Of a stretch of DNA of 64,000 nucleotides, positions 23,688 to 36,489 are shown piece by piece. Each line of letters begins with the position of its first letter. The first letter of the stretch is position 1. Source of the stretch: Chiloscyllium plagiosum (Eukaryota). The DNA is taken from positions 8,723,665-8,787,664 of the forward strand of contig NC_057720.1 of NCBI RefSeq assembly GCF_004010195.1, written 5' to 3'. A model generated the notes under the pieces. That model had not been told where the DNA came from. It saw nothing but the letters and a program-made list of their open reading frames with translations, and made no database searches. The translations under genes and the position numbers were made by a program.

Positions 23688-24020
23688 ATCACTGAGTACA
23701 GATAGAGGCCATTCAACCCATCAAATCTCCAACCCTCCAAAACATCCCATCCACATCCACTCCCCAGCTTAACTCCATAACCCCACAATCACCACAGCTA
23801 ATCCACCTAGCCTCCACATCCCTAGACACAACAGGGCAATTTAACATGGTCAATCCACTTAACCCACACATCCTTGTACTGTGGGAGGAAACCAGAGCAC
23901 CTGTTGAAACCCACACAGACACAGGGAGAATGTGCAAACTCCACACAGACAGTTGCCTGATGGTGGAATCGAACTCAGCACTGGAAGGCAGCATTGCTAA
24001 CCACTGAGCCACCGTGACAC
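23688..24020 (-). mobile_element. HE1-like V-SINE, older
   Basis: V-domain tgtgggaggaaaccagagcacc...gaatgtgcaaactccacacagac. Confidence 0.85.
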
Positions 24021-24138
24021 CCAAACTAATCTTCTGAATTGTTGGGTAAACTGACACAGGGGGATCTGCAGGAAAATCCCTATGATGCTTACATTAGCCA
24101 TGATTCCCAATTATTAGGCAATAAGGAAAATATCTTAC

Positions 24139-24262
24139 CTTGACACAGGGATTTCCTAATCAGCTTGTGCAAGGGTTTCAAGGAGCGTTCACAGTAAATG
24201 GCAGCATGAAACTTTGTGCATGTGCCCTTGCAGGTTTTTCTCTGAGCTACTGAGCCTGGCAT
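24139..24262 (-). CDS. Candidate first coding exon, unidentified (MPGSVAQRKTCKGTCTKFHAAIYCERSLKPLHKLIRKSLCQ-)
   Basis: ATG at 24262 with G at -3; 41 codons + 1 nt open to the AAG|GTAAGA donor at 24138; TE-free island. Confidence 0.35.
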
Positions 24263-25007
24263 CCCATCCAGAAGGCACCGTTGTGGTGGTATGGCAGGCA
24301 AACAACAACATAAACCATGGGAGCCAGTGTAGAACCATTTAAAGCAAAAGGGAGTCCCATGAACAGAGATGGAAACACTGGGAGAGAAGAAGAGGAGAAA
24401 CATATTGGGGAAGAGACAACAGGCAATGTAAATAATGCTGCTTGCTGGCTCTGGGTGAGCTGTGAATGTGCGAGAAGAAGCCCTCAGACCTCTTTCTAAC
24501 TTACTGCAGCCAAAAGACTGTTTTTTGTAAGGAGTCCAAGTGCAGTGCCAGCCTGGTGTAGCTAGTTATCTGTGAAAGAGCTGGAATGTGACAATGAGTA
24601 GGGGCTGGAGTTCAGCCACAGGAATCCAATGGAACTCTGTTTCAGAAAAACATGTGAAGGAGAGAAATTGTTGAATTGATCCAACTTGAAGTGGCCTCTG
24701 GGAGAGATTAAAAGCTAGATCTTTGAACGAGAAGTGTTGAAATCCTTCAGCAGGAGAGAGAATGTTTGTTCTATTGTGATATAAATTCCAGACCACACAG
24801 TCCTGTAACTTTAAGACAATTACATTACTTCATGATCCACAATGTTGCAGTATAAATGTACTTGCCTAACTTACAGTCATCTCTCTGTAAAATTGAGTCA
24901 GTTCAGTCAGTCAGTTTTTGTGTGTAATATCAGTAAGCAGAGAACCAAGCAATGACACAATATCACAGATATTAAACATTTTCTGTTGTAAATAGACTGT
25001 AAAACAT

Positions 25008-25096
25008 CCTACTCCTCAGATGCTGCCTGACCTGCTGTGCTTTTCCAGCACCACACTCTTGACTCTGACCAGCATCTGCAGTCCTCACTTTCTCCT
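25008..25096 (+). mobile_element. PLE family-1 5'-truncated pLTR + tail
   Basis: ctcctcagatgctgcctgacc...catctgcagtcctcactttctcc; TSD-like tgtaaaacat / tgtaagacat. Confidence 0.8.
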
Positions 25097-25259
25097 TGTA
25101 AGACATGTGACCCAAACAAGAACCTAAGTGTTTGTGATAGATGCTACATGGGCTGATATACAGAAAATGACAAAATGCAGTGTGGGATGAGATGACTCAC
25201 AGGGATCAGTGATGTTTTGGTAGGTTGCTGAATAATCTGTGGAGTCTGTCTTGGTCACG

Positions 25260-27605
25260 AAGAGCCATAGAGATGGTACAGCACAGAAACAGACCCTTCG
25301 GTCCAACTCCATGCCGACTAGATATCCTAAGTTAATCTAATTTAATTTGCCATCATTTGGCCATAACCCTTTCAACTCTTCATATTCATATACTTATCCA
25401 GATGCCTTTTAAATGTTGCAACAGCTTCCACCACTTCTACATACACACCATCCTCTATGTGAAGAATTTGCCCATTTGGTCCCTTTTAAAGCTTTCCCCT
25501 CTCACCTTAAAACTATGTCCTCCAGTTTTGGACTCCCCCATCCCAGAGGAAAGACCTTGTTTATTTACTCTATCCATGTCCTTCACAATTTTGTAAATCT
25601 CTGTAAGGCCATCCATCAACCTCTGCATCTCCTGGGAAAATAGCCCCAGCCTACTCAGCCTCTCCCTGTAGCTCAAACTCTTCAATCCTCGCAACACATT
25701 GTAAATCTTTTCTTAACTCTTTCTAATTTCATAACGTCTTTCCTATAGCAGGGAGACTGTGTAGTATTCTAAAAGTGGCCTAATCAATGTTCTGTGGAGC
25801 TGCAACGTAACTCTCAATTCCTATAATTAATGCACCGATCAATAAATGCAAGCAGACCAGATGCCTTCTTCACTATCTTATCTAACTGCAACTTCACTTT
25901 GAAGGAACTATGGACCTGCACTCCAAGGTCCCTTTATTCAGCAACACGCTCCAGGACCTTACCATTAAGTATTTAAGTCTGCCCTGCTTTGTCTTTCCAA
26001 AATGCAGCACCTCACACTTACCTAAGTTAAGTTCCATCTGTCACTCCTTGGCCCATTGACCCAGCTGGTCAAGATCCCATTGTAATCTGAGGTAATCCTC
26101 TTCGCTATCCACTTCCCCTCCAATTTTGGTGTCATCTTCAAACTTACTAAAACCGTGCTTCCTATGTTCATAGCCAAATCGCTTATATAAATGACAAAAA
26201 GCAGTGGACCCAGCACAAATCCTTGCGGCACACCACTAGTCACAGGCCTCCAGCCTGAAAAACAACCCTCCACCACCACCTTCAAGCCAGTTTTGATTAT
26301 AAATGGCTAGCTCTCCCTCTATTCCATTTGATCTCATCTTGCTAAACAGTCTACCATGAGGAACCTTGTCAAACACTTTACTGATGTCCATATAGATCAC
26401 GTCCACCACTCTGCCCTCATCAATCCTCTTCATTATGTCTTCAAAAAACTTAATTAACTTTGTGGAACATGACTTCCCATGCACAAAACCATGTCAACAA
26501 TCTGTAATCAGTCCTGTCTTTCCAAATGTGTGTAAATCCTGTCCATCAAGATTCCCTCCAACAAATTACTTACCATCGACAACAGGCTCACTGGTGTGTA
26601 GTTCCATGGCTTTTCCTCACCACCTTTCTTAAGTAGTGGCAGCACGTTAGTCAACCCTCAGTTATCAGACACCTCCAAACATAGCTATCGATGAAATAAA
26701 TATTTCAGCAATGGACCCAGAAATCACTTCCCTTGCTTTCCAAAAGGTTCTGGGGTACACCTGATCAGATATTGGGGATTTATCTATCTTTCTGGATTTT
26801 AAGGCGTACAGCACCACCTCCTGCCAAAATGGACATTTTTAAAGATGTTGCTATTTATTTCACCAAGTTCTCTATCTTCCACTTCCTTCTTCACAGTAGA
26901 CACTGATGCAAAATACATGTTTCGTATCTCCCCTATCTCCTGTGGTTCCACACATAGGCAACTTTGCTGATCTTTAAGGGACCCTCTTTTCTCCCTTCTT
27001 ACCCTTTTGTCCTTAATGTATTTGCAGAATCCTTTTGGATTATCTTTCATCCTATTTGCAAAAGCTATCTCATATCCTCTTTTTGCCTTCCTGATTTCCC
27101 TCTTAAGTATACTCCTACTGCCTTTATGATCTTCTACGGATTCACTCAATCACTGCTGCCTATACCTGACATATGCTTCCTTTTTTATTCTTAACCAAAA
27201 CCCCAATTTCTCTAGTCATCCAGCATTCCCTACTAGCCTTTCCTTTCACCCAAACAGGAACATACTGTCTCCGGACTCATGTTATCTCATTTTTGAAGGC
27301 TTCCCATTTTCCAGCCATTACTTTATCTGCAAACATCCACCCCCAATCAACTTTTGAAATTTCTTGCCTAATACAGAAAAAAAAGCCTTTCTCCAATTTA
27401 GAACTTTAACTTCTAACCTTGGTCTCTTCTTTTCTAACACTATTTTAAAACTAAAATAGGGACTAGCCATCATAACTATGATCACTGGCCTCAAAGTGAT
27501 CCCCCACTGACTCCTCAGTCACCTGTCCTGCCTTATTTCTCAAGAGTTGGTCAAGTTTTGCACATACGTACATCCACATACTGAATCAGAAAATTTTCTT
27601 GTACA
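25260..27605 (-). mobile_element. CR1 (HER1-like) LINE, decayed ORF2
   Basis: Minus ORFs [74 protein letters not shown]. Confidence 0.92.
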
Positions 27606-27654
27606 ACCCAAAGTTAAAGGAGTAGTGAAAAGTCAGAAGATAGGTACATGTCTA

Positions 27655-28075
27655 AAATAGGTTGGGAGAGGAGGTGGTAGAGTAGATACTAAATTAATTG
27701 CACAGAGGCCGGTATCCTATCATCAAGTCATCCTTTATTTACACATACATAATATATGTGCTCTGACCAGTCAGCTCAGAACCACTGGCTAAAATAAAGA
27801 AACTCACTGAATGTCCTGATTATATCTCTCAGATATAGGACTCCCTGATTGGTCCAGGTTAACAACCCCAGTCAGGGATCTCATAGTCAATGAGATCCAC
27901 CTGGCCCTCCTTCCAATCACTATAGATACCATAGCAACATGAAAGAAGCATTTTGTCAGATACATGAACAGGTGGGGAATATAAGGAGACAGACTGCACA
28001 GGTTTTTAGTTTTAAAAGGTGGCTTGATGGGCCGAAGGGTCTATTCTTGTGCTGTACTATTCTTTCTTCTTTGTT
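27655..28075 (+). mobile_element. CR1 3' tail interrupted by a solo LTR
   Basis: gaggaggtggtagag...gatgggccgaagggtctattcttgtgctg. Confidence 0.65.
27690..27924 (-). mobile_element. Short solo LTR (~235 bp) with 5-bp TSD
   Basis: Minus strand shows CCAAT, TATAA and AATAAA in order; TSD gatac at 27685-27689 and 27925-27929; homologues at 54750-54940 and 55441-56283. Confidence 0.7.
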
Positions 28076-28219
28076 CAATGGCCCCAAAGTTGACTATATG
28101 TATATATAAATGGGGCAGATAGGAAAGGCTTTCTGCATAAGCATTGCATTTTACAAAATGTTTTCTAATCTGAAAAGAAGGAGAGGAATGTTACTCAGGG
28201 GCACATAACAAAACATTAC

Positions 28220-28360
28220 CATGGTACTCTATGGGAACTTGCTGTGGACAAAATTAACTGTTGTGGTTAACTGCATTTCAGAAGGTTCCAAAGTACCACA
28301 TTGGCTGTGAACCATTTTTGAATATCCTATGGTCTTGGAACATGCTATCTAAATACAAGA
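28220..28360 (+). mobile_element. DeuSINE-like 3' remnant
   Basis: tgggaacttgctgtggacaaa...aaagtaccacattggctgtgaa...gctatctaaatacaag. Confidence 0.5.
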
Positions 28361-28769
28361 TATTTATTTTCTTAATCATTATATTTCAAAGGTTAATTAT
28401 CAGGTTGACTCTTTTGGTTTATTCTCTAGGACCTATGGAGCAAGTCTGATCTGCGGCTCATTTAACGTGACAGAGGTAGAGTCAGAACATTAATGGAAGG
28501 TTAGCAATTAAGTACAGGAGAAAATAGGAGCAAAATCTTTGAACAAAACAAAACTACAGCAAAGGATTTTAAGTGAAGGAAGTAGAACAGTGCAGAAAAA
28601 AAGAGAAGTAATGAAAACTGAGAACTTGTTCTGTTTCTTGAAAGTTGTGTTAAAGGCGGGGCTTGGAAATCTAAGGTGGGATGTGGGTGTTTCGATTAAT
28701 GGAGTTCTTGGATGACCTGGATGAAGTGAGTTCAGGAAATTTGGGCCAGAGGACACACTAGTAGAGATT

Positions 28770-28973
28770 AGGTGAAAGTGGGGACTGCAGTTGCTGGAGA
28801 TTAGAGTCAAGGTTAGAATGGTGCTGGCAAAGCACAGCAGGTCAGGCAGCAACCGAGGAACATGAAAATCAACGTTTCGGGCAAAAGCCCTTCATCAGGA
28901 ATGCCTTCATGATTTTCCTGCTCATCGGATGCTGCCTGACCTGCTGTGTTTTTCCAGCACCACTCTAATCTTG
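28770..28973 (-). mobile_element. PLE family-1 hairpin unit with 15-bp TSD
   Basis: TSD acactagtagagatt at 28755-28769 and 28974-28988; inverted arms. Confidence 0.88.
28871..28898 (-). ncRNA. Minimal hammerhead ribozyme core (PLE family 1)
   Basis: Minus: CUGAUGA-A-GGGC-UUUU-GCCC-GAAAC-GUU. Confidence 0.72.
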
Positions 28974-29639
28974 ACACTAGTAGAGATTGTTTGGCTTGCA
29001 AACAATTCATGAAGTTTGTGTCACAGGAAGGCAGGTTGGATAAGAAGGCATTTAGCACACTTGCCTTCATTGCTCAGACCTTTGAGTATAAGAGTTAGTA
29101 TGTCATGTTAGGGTTGTACAGGATGTTGGTGAGGTCTCTTCTGGAGTATTGTGTGCAGTTCTGGTTGCCCTGCAATAGGAAAGAGATTAATAAAATTGTA
29201 GAAGTTTCAGAAGAGATTTACCAGGATTTTGCCATGAGTGGAAGATTTGAGTTATGAGGAGAGAATGGATAGGCTGGGACTTTTTCATTGGAGTGCAGGA
29301 GGTTGAGGGTAGGGGAGTTTAAAACTAGGGGGCATATTTTTTAAGGTGAGAGGAGAAAGATTTAAAAAGGCCATGAGGGGTAACTTTGTTTACACAGAGA
29401 GTGATTCATATGTGGAATGAACTGCCACAGGAACTAATGGCAGGTACACTTATAACATTTAAAGACATTTGGATAGGTACATAAATAAGAAAGGTTTGCA
29501 GGGATATGTGCCAAATGCAGGCAAGTGGACTAGTTTAGTTTGGGAGCATTGTCTGTGTGGACTGGTTGAACCGAAGTATCTGTTTGCATGCTGTATGACC
29601 CCATGTATTATCATTGTGCTGGTCTCATTCAATTTCCCA

Positions 29640-30290
29640 TTCCATTCATTCATGGGGTGTGGGCATTGCTTTCCAGGTCAGTATTTATTGCCCATCCCTA
29701 ATTGTCCAGAGGGCAGATAAAATTCAACAATCTTGCTGTGGGTCACATTTAGGCCAGACCAAGTATGGATGGGAGATTTCTTTCCCTAAAATGCATTAGT
29801 AAACCAGATAGGGTTTTCAGACAATGATTCTATGGTTGGCATTAGAGTCTTAATTCCAGATTTCTCTAGAATTAAAGAAGGATATTCTGTTTCCCCTAGT
29901 TGGTTTGTCAGTAACTCGCAGTCATAATTTCAAGATTGTCAACGAGAGAGCTAGGAGTGAGTTGAGGAGAAACTTCTTTACTCAGAGAGTTGTTAGGATT
30001 TGGAATGTGTTGCCAGGGAGAGTCGTGGGGGAAGCTTCCATAAGAGGCTCCAAAAGAGAGCTGGATAGATATTTGAAACATGATGAATTTAGAGGGCTAT
30101 GGAGATAGGGCTGGGAAGTGGGACCAGCTTGGCAGCTGTTTTGTGAGGCGGTACAGATATATTGGGTTGAGTGGCCTCCTTCTGTACTGTAACATTCCAT
30201 GATTCAAATTTCCACCATCTACTATGACAGGATTTGAACTCAGGTCTCTGCATTAATAGTTGAGCAACAATAAAATTTTGCTATCATGCC
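29640..30290 (-). mobile_element. SINE family B split by a CR1 3' end
   Basis: attcatggggtgtgggc...atttattgcccatccctaattg tail; resumes at ~30205 ttcaaatttccaccatct...ggatttgaac. Confidence 0.7.
29872..30204 (+). mobile_element. CR1 3' end
   Basis: VTRSHNFKIV..RRNFFTQRVVRIWNVLPGRVV. Confidence 0.85.
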
Positions 30291-30894
30291 CCTTGCTTTG
30301 GCAGGGATTACAGGGATTTGATACCATTAAAGAAATCCTGCTTCTCCTGTTGTCTCCCTAAAACCTAACTGATTAGATGAAGGCAGTGTAGGAAAGAACA
30401 TAGTTCCTCAGCTTGGTTGGAAGTCACACTGACTTTCCAGAAGGATTTCCTCAGGGAATGGGGGAAAGTGCCCAGCACAATCTGAGTGATGATCCTACTG
30501 ACAACAGAGAGTAGGGAGACTCCGCATTAATTCCCATAATCTATTTTGTGTCCTGTCTTAAAGACAATCCAAACGGCAGCATCCCCGGATCAGCAGGGAT
30601 TTCTCCTTGACCTCATTGTGCAGGACATCTTTTAATGTGGGAATGCTGGAATGTACTTTGGTTAATAATTTCTGCATCTCTGCTTGGGTGATGATCAAAA
30701 CTAAAATTCCACACTTGCGAACTTAACGAACACTGATGCTTATGTCTTAAACAGAGTTATACACAGTAAAATCTTTATTTATTAAATTGGAGATATCATA
30801 GCCCTTTTGAAATCCAGCTTTGCTGCAAGCAATAGAGGTGTAGACTAAAGAAATGAATCAGTTTAAATCTCCTGTCTTGGTCACAGAAAATAAG

Positions 30895-31080
30895 TTATGG
30901 GAAGATACCTTGACCAGCATTTATCCCTGAATTGTCTGGTCATTGCTGATTTTGGGAGCTTGTTCTGCACAAATTGGCATCATGTTACCTACATCACAAC
31001 AGTGACTGGACTTTGTTGACTGTAAAGCACTTGAAGACATCCTGAAGTAGTGAAAGGCAATACATAAATGCACGGCTTTA
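30895..31080 (+). mobile_element. DeuSINE-like (SacSINE1/AmnSINE1-type) 3' half
   Basis: tctggtcattgctgattttgggagcttgttctgcacaaattggc...acaacagtgact...tgtaaagcacttgaagacatcctgaagtagtgaaaggcaatacataaatgc. Confidence 0.7.
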
Positions 31081-31621
31081 TTTTATATTCAAAGCACACA
31101 ATCCCATTTGATTGTTTCATTGCCTCTATTGTAAACCGGCAAACTCAACTTTGTCTATTCATCTCATACGTAGATCTATCTGACCTTTCATTCCCAGAAG
31201 GGTATACATTTTCCAATGCTCTTTCACTTTGACATATACAACTTCAGATCTTAATGCATCCGCTGCCTTTATCATCCTATTTATGCCCTCCTGAATTCTG
31301 TCTTAAAGGTTCAATACAAGCAGAACATTTCAATTTCATTTCTTGAGACCATAAATATCAATAGGACACAGAAGGGGTCCGAGCACAGATCCTTAGGCAC
31401 AGCACCACACAAACTCTAATAATTCAATTAAGACAAATTAATCTGATACTATGTATCCTGCCCATCCCTCAGTCTTTGTGAGCACAATCTCTGCTGTATC
31501 ATGTTTTTCATGACACATCCAGGTGACACCTCTCCACATGCAAATTTCTGTAATAAGACATGAAACAATTCTATCAGCACAACTGTTTTTCAATTATTGC
31601 CAAAACTAAAAATAAACAAAG

Positions 31622-32435
31622 TAGAGTCATAGAGTCATCCAGCACAGAAACAGACCCTTCAGTCCAACTCATCTGCATTGACCAGACATCCCAGTCTGAC
31701 CTAGTCCCATTTGCCAGCACTTGGCCCGTATCCCTCTAAACCCTTCCTATTCATGTAACCACCCAGATTCCTTTGAAATGTTGTAATTGGACCAGTCTCC
31801 TCTACCTCCTTTGGCTGCGCATTCCATACATGCACCACCCTCTGCGTGAAAATGTTGCCCCTCAGGTCCCTTTTAAATTTTTCCTCTCTCACCCTAAACC
31901 TATGTCCTCTAGTTTTGGACTCTTCCGCCCTATGAAAAAAGACCTTGTCTATTTACCCTATCCATGCCTCTCATGATTTTATAAACCTCTATAAGGTCAC
32001 CCCTCAGCCTTTGACACTTCTGAGAAAAAAGCCTCAGCTTCTCCCGACAGCTCAAATCCTCCAGTCTCAGCAACATCATAGTATGACAGAATCACAGAAT
32101 CCCTACAGTGTGGAAATAGGCTATTTAGACCAACAATTCCACACCAACCCTCTGAAGAGTATCCCACTCAAACCCGTTCCCCACCCTATTATTCTACATT
32201 TCCCCTGACTAATGCACCAAACCTCCACATCCCTGAACACTATGGGCAATTAAGCATGGCCAATTCACCTAACCTGCAATCTTTGGACTGTGGGAGGAAA
32301 CCGGAGCACCCGGAGAAAACCCACACAGACACGGGGATGCCCCACATCCTTGTCAATCTTCTCTGCATCCTCTCAAGTTCGAACAACATCATCCTTGTAG
32401 AAGAGCAACTGGAATTGTAAGCAATATTCTAAAAG
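31622..32435 (-). mobile_element. CR1 3' end with nested HE1
   Basis: GNIFTQRVVHVWNAQPKEV; (catagagt)n tail. Confidence 0.88.
32078..32337 (-). mobile_element. HE1-like SINE, 5'-truncated
   Basis: ccctacagtgtggaaatagg...tgggaggaaaccggagcaccc. Confidence 0.88.
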
Positions 32436-33671
32436 ATGATGATTTATTGGTTGAATTTTCTGAAGATGCCAATTAAGGTCACCTTCATATTCATGCAGAT
32501 AAAGGCAGTAACATTCATAACTCATAGCTTCCAAGAGCTTTCAAATCTTCATGATGTTGCATCAAGAATCAGATTCTTTTTCCCAAAAAACACAGACCAA
32601 AATCAATTCAAACTCTGACCATTCCTTGACAGACTGACCATCTCCCCCACATTGTCCCTGTTACTATTCAAGATTTCTCATCTGCTTGAGCACAAGGTCT
32701 TTTCCAGCCTTGCTAGAACCATTTCCCAGGAACTGACCTTGTTAATGGCTGGCTTCTTCTATTTGTTTGAATATAATGCTCTTCCCCAGTGATGAAAGAT
32801 TGGCAGAATCTTTTGGTCAGGAACTAACCTCATGAATAAACAAAAGCTTGTTTGGTCTGCTTCTTATTTAATACAAACTGTTACCCACAGTCCAAAAGTC
32901 ATTTTTAGCTCACAGTTCCTGTTCCACAGCTCCAAACCAAAATTGATAAAAGAATTAAAATAAAAATAATAAAAAAGCAGTGAGAGCTCAAACACCATCT
33001 TAAAGAAAAAAATAATTGATATTACCGTTTTTATACCCTCTAAGACTGTGTTCATGAACTAGCAGAGCATTGAAAAATCCAGATTCTTTACAATCCAAAG
33101 GTAGAATGCCAACTACTTCATCATTTGGCTTAAAGAAGCTCACTTTTGGTCCAACTTCACGAACCACATGATGTCAAATCTTTTCATTTTCACTAATCAG
33201 GACAGAATTGCAAGAATGCCAAATCTCTAACAGTACAGTCATTTGTACCAAATGAAAAGAGAGAGCTGACCTGATGGAAAATTGGACTCACTCATCAGTC
33301 ATGTGATTTCATGCAATTGACATTCTGTGGAATATAATGGGATGCCAGGACGTATTCTTATAAAGGTATGATGACTGTGATCAGATGAGCATAAGGAGGA
33401 TTGGTTCAGTTGATGTCATTTGCAAGTTGTCTGGCATATTTTTGCTGCAAGAAACTAGTGTTTGACAGGGTGTGAAACATGTTACACCATTTCTCAGTGT
33501 ACAAATCAAAAGCAAATTCTCACTTTTTTTCGCCAGGAAAGACCGCCTGAATTCCACTCATCTGTACCCATTATTGAAGGTGACTATCACTCAACTGTTC
33601 CATTGTCAGGTTAACACTTTGCAATGTTTTATTTCAAACCGACTGATTATCACTACAAAATGCACAAAATG

Positions 33672-33990
33672 GGGTAGCATAGTGGCTCAGTGCTTCACAG
33701 CGCCAAGGACGTGGGTTTGATTCCAGCCTTGGGTGACTCTCTGTGTGTGGAGTTTGCATGTTCTCCTTGTGTCTGTATGGGATTCACCCGGCTACTCCAG
33801 TTTCCTCCCACAGTCCAAAGATGTGCAGGTCAGGTGAATTGGCCGTATTAAATTGCCTATAGTGTTCAGGTATGTAAAGACTAGGTGCATTAGTTAAGGA
33901 TAAATGTAAAGTACTAGGGTATGGGTTAGTGTGGACTTGTTGGGCTGAATGGCCTGTTTCAACACTGTCAGGATTCTATCCATTATATGA
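33672..33990 (+). mobile_element. HE1-like V-SINE
   Basis: tRNA-like head, V-domain, tgggctgaatggcctgtttc tail. Confidence 0.88.
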
Positions 33991-34151
33991 TTCACATTCA
34001 CAGCTCCTTAAATAACAGGGATCAGCTTCTGGATATAATGTTTCAGTGGCCAATTGTGTGATCAGAAATGAAAAATTGAACTTTTGAAGATTGAGAGTTG
34101 CAGAAAGATAAATTCTAGCTCAAAAGCACAAGAAGAAAATTAGTTGGGTCC

Positions 34152-34378
34152 TCACGGTAGGCTGGTGTTAATGTCACTGGGCTAGTAATCGAGAGCTTTT
34201 CCTGCCCACCACCATCGGGGGTTCGTATCCCATCAGGGTCTCTGGTGGAATTTAAATTTGATGTAAAAATCTAGGGATTAGAAGAGGGCCATGGTGACCA
34301 TGAGAAACTATCACTGATTGTGGTTATAAACGACCTCCATTGGGGTAAGTTAATACCCCTTTAGGGAAGAAAATCCTT
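34152..34378 (+). mobile_element. SINE family B 5' part, old
   Basis: aatgtcactgggctagtaatc...ggttcgtatccc...gaccatgagaaac...ctttagggaagaaaatc. Confidence 0.6.
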
Positions 34379-34499
34379 GTGGTACAATGGCAGTGTCCCA
34401 CCTGCTCTGGAGCTGTGTAATAGCATGTCTAAGTAGGTTGATTGGGAAAATGGGTTAAATAAAGCAAATTAGAAAATTAATTGTACTAAAGAGAATGGA

Positions 34500-34960
34500 G
34501 TGGACAGAGGTAGAAGATAAGAACCACTTTAATGTAAAACTAACTTCAGCCACTCTGTTCCTCACTCTTGCTCTGTGATTGAAAAAAATCACAGGTTGAT
34601 CTGATTACTCCATATTCTTACCCACCACCAACAATCCCTTACTCTCTCTTGTTTATCAAGTGTCAGTCTACCTCTGGTTTTCAATGGATTGAAGAATTCT
34701 GCTCCCACCACCTTTAGAGGAAGTGAGTTCCAGAGACTACAACCCTCCGTGACAGAAAAACATTTCTCCTTGTCTCTGTCTTAAACGGGTGACCCCTTTA
34801 TTTTTAAACAGTGAACCTCTAGTTCTAGATTCTCCACAAGAGGAAAGAAACATCCTCTTCACTTTTACCCTCTCAAGATCTCACAGAATCTTAATGTTTC
34901 AGTTAAATTGCTTCTTATTTATTTAAACTGATACAAACGTTGCTCTTCTAACATTTCTAT
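34500..34960 (-). mobile_element. CR1 3' end, old
   Basis: gaagtgagttccagagact...ttaaacgggtgacccc...ctagttctagattctcc. Confidence 0.65.
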
Positions 34961-34979
34961 CAGGAGTGGGGCTGTCTAT

Positions 34980-35340
34980 CGGGTTTAAATCCTGCCATGG
35001 CAGATTGTAGAATTCAAATCCAATAAAAATCAGGATTTAGGAGTCAATTGATGACCATGAATCCATTTTCTGGATTAGTTGAGCTGGAAGAGCACAGCAG
35101 TTCAGGCAGCATCCAAGGAGCTTCGAAATCGACGTTTCGGGCAAAAGCCCATGAATCCATTGCCAATTGAACCCATCTGGTTCACTAATGCCCTTAAGGG
35201 AAGAAATCTGCCACATTGCTATGGGTCTGGCCTACATGTGACTCCGCACACACAGCAATGTGGTTGACTCTTCACTGACCTCTAGGTGATAAATGCTGGC
35301 CTAGCCAGTGACACTATTATCCCGTGAATGAATTAAACAA
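34980..35340 (+). mobile_element. SINE family B with PLE fragment inserted
   Basis: gggtttaaatcctgccatggcag...cccatctggttcactaatg...aaatgctggcctagccagtgac tail. Confidence 0.8.
35068..35148 (-). mobile_element. PLE family-1 pLTR fragment with 13-bp TSD
   Basis: TSD ccatgaatccatt at 35055-35067 and 35149-35161; insert starts in hammerhead stem II (gcttttgcccgaaacgtc). Confidence 0.88.
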
Positions 35341-35597
35341 AAATTATTTATAAAACAACTTGCTTATTCCAGGGCAAAGTCTAACCGAATCATCTTTGAA
35401 ATGCTTCTAATGTATTTATATTCCTGCTTCCATAAGGTGACTGAAACTTTACACAATACTCCTGATATGGTCACACTAGTGTCTGTATAACTGGAGGGCA
35501 TCAAGAGAAATAAAATTCCTATGATGGGTATGTACTGTGCCCTCAATATTAAATTGCAATGAGGTTTCATGAACGGAGTTCATTGCTGATAATAGAC

Positions 35598-35890
35598 CAA
35601 ATTGTAGAATAGAGGCCATTTGGCCCATCAATTCTGCACCAGCCCTCTGAAGAGCATCCCAAATAGATTCACCTCTCCCTCTGTAGCCTGCACATCCCTG
35701 GACGCTATGGGCAATCCATCTAACCTGCGCATCTTTGGACCGTAGCAGGAAATCAGAGCACCCAAAGGAAATGCATGCAGACACGAGGAGAATGTACAAA
35801 TTCCACACAGACAGTCAACCAAGGCTGGAATCAAACCCAGGTCTCTGGTGCTGTGAGGCAGCAGTGCTAACCACTGTGCTACCATCCCAA
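35598..35890 (-). mobile_element. HE1-like V-SINE, older
   Basis: V-domain and tRNA head on minus. Confidence 0.85.
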
Positions 35891-36194
35891 CCCCAATCAA
35901 AGTAGAACATGTATTTCAAACCATCTCCAATGCCTCTATGCCCTTTTACCTTCTGTTAAAGCTCAATACAACTCCAACATTTCTTCCCTGATTTTCAGTC
36001 CTGCTGAATAGACTTTAAATCAGGCTATAATTGGAATCAAGGGAACAGTTCAGATCTCTGCATACCAAAAAGGGGTGTAGAGACAATGCAGGAGATGTAA
36101 AATTGTTTTTTTTTAACCAAGAATGAAATAAAAACAGAAAGGGGTTGGAAATACTCACAGAAAGGGGTTGGAAAGGGTCACAGCTGAATGTTAA

Positions 36195-36465
36195 AAACAT
36201 AAGAATTAGGAGAAAGAGTAGGCCATTCAGCCCCTTGTTCCGGTTGCATCATTCAACATGATCATGGATGATCTCACCTTGGCCTCAACGTCACTTTTCT
36301 GCCCATTTCCCTTAACTCAAAACTCATTAACAATTAAAATATCTGTCTACCTCCTCCTCAAATTTAGTGTGTCCCAGCATCTACCACACTCTGGGCTAGT
36401 GATTTGACAGATTTCCAACCCTTTGAGAGAAGAAATTCCTCTCCATCTCTGTTTTAAATCTGCTC
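36195..36465 (-). mobile_element. CR1 3' tail
   Basis: cataagaattaggagaaagagtaggccattcagcccctt. Confidence 0.75.
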
Positions 36466-36489
36466 AAAATGTTAATGTGTTTTTTCTCT

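Larger units (their letters stand above)
28590..29600 (+). mobile_element. CR1 3' fragment with PLE insertion
   Basis: ttggtgaggtctcttctggagtattgtgtgcagttctgg (LVR.LLEYCVQFW), FTRI, WNELP and the tail. Confidence 0.8.

Noticed and set aside
30640..30654. Tandem GGAATG motifs (double TEAD site)
   Set aside because: Spacing is 2 nt rather than the canonical 3, with no other support.
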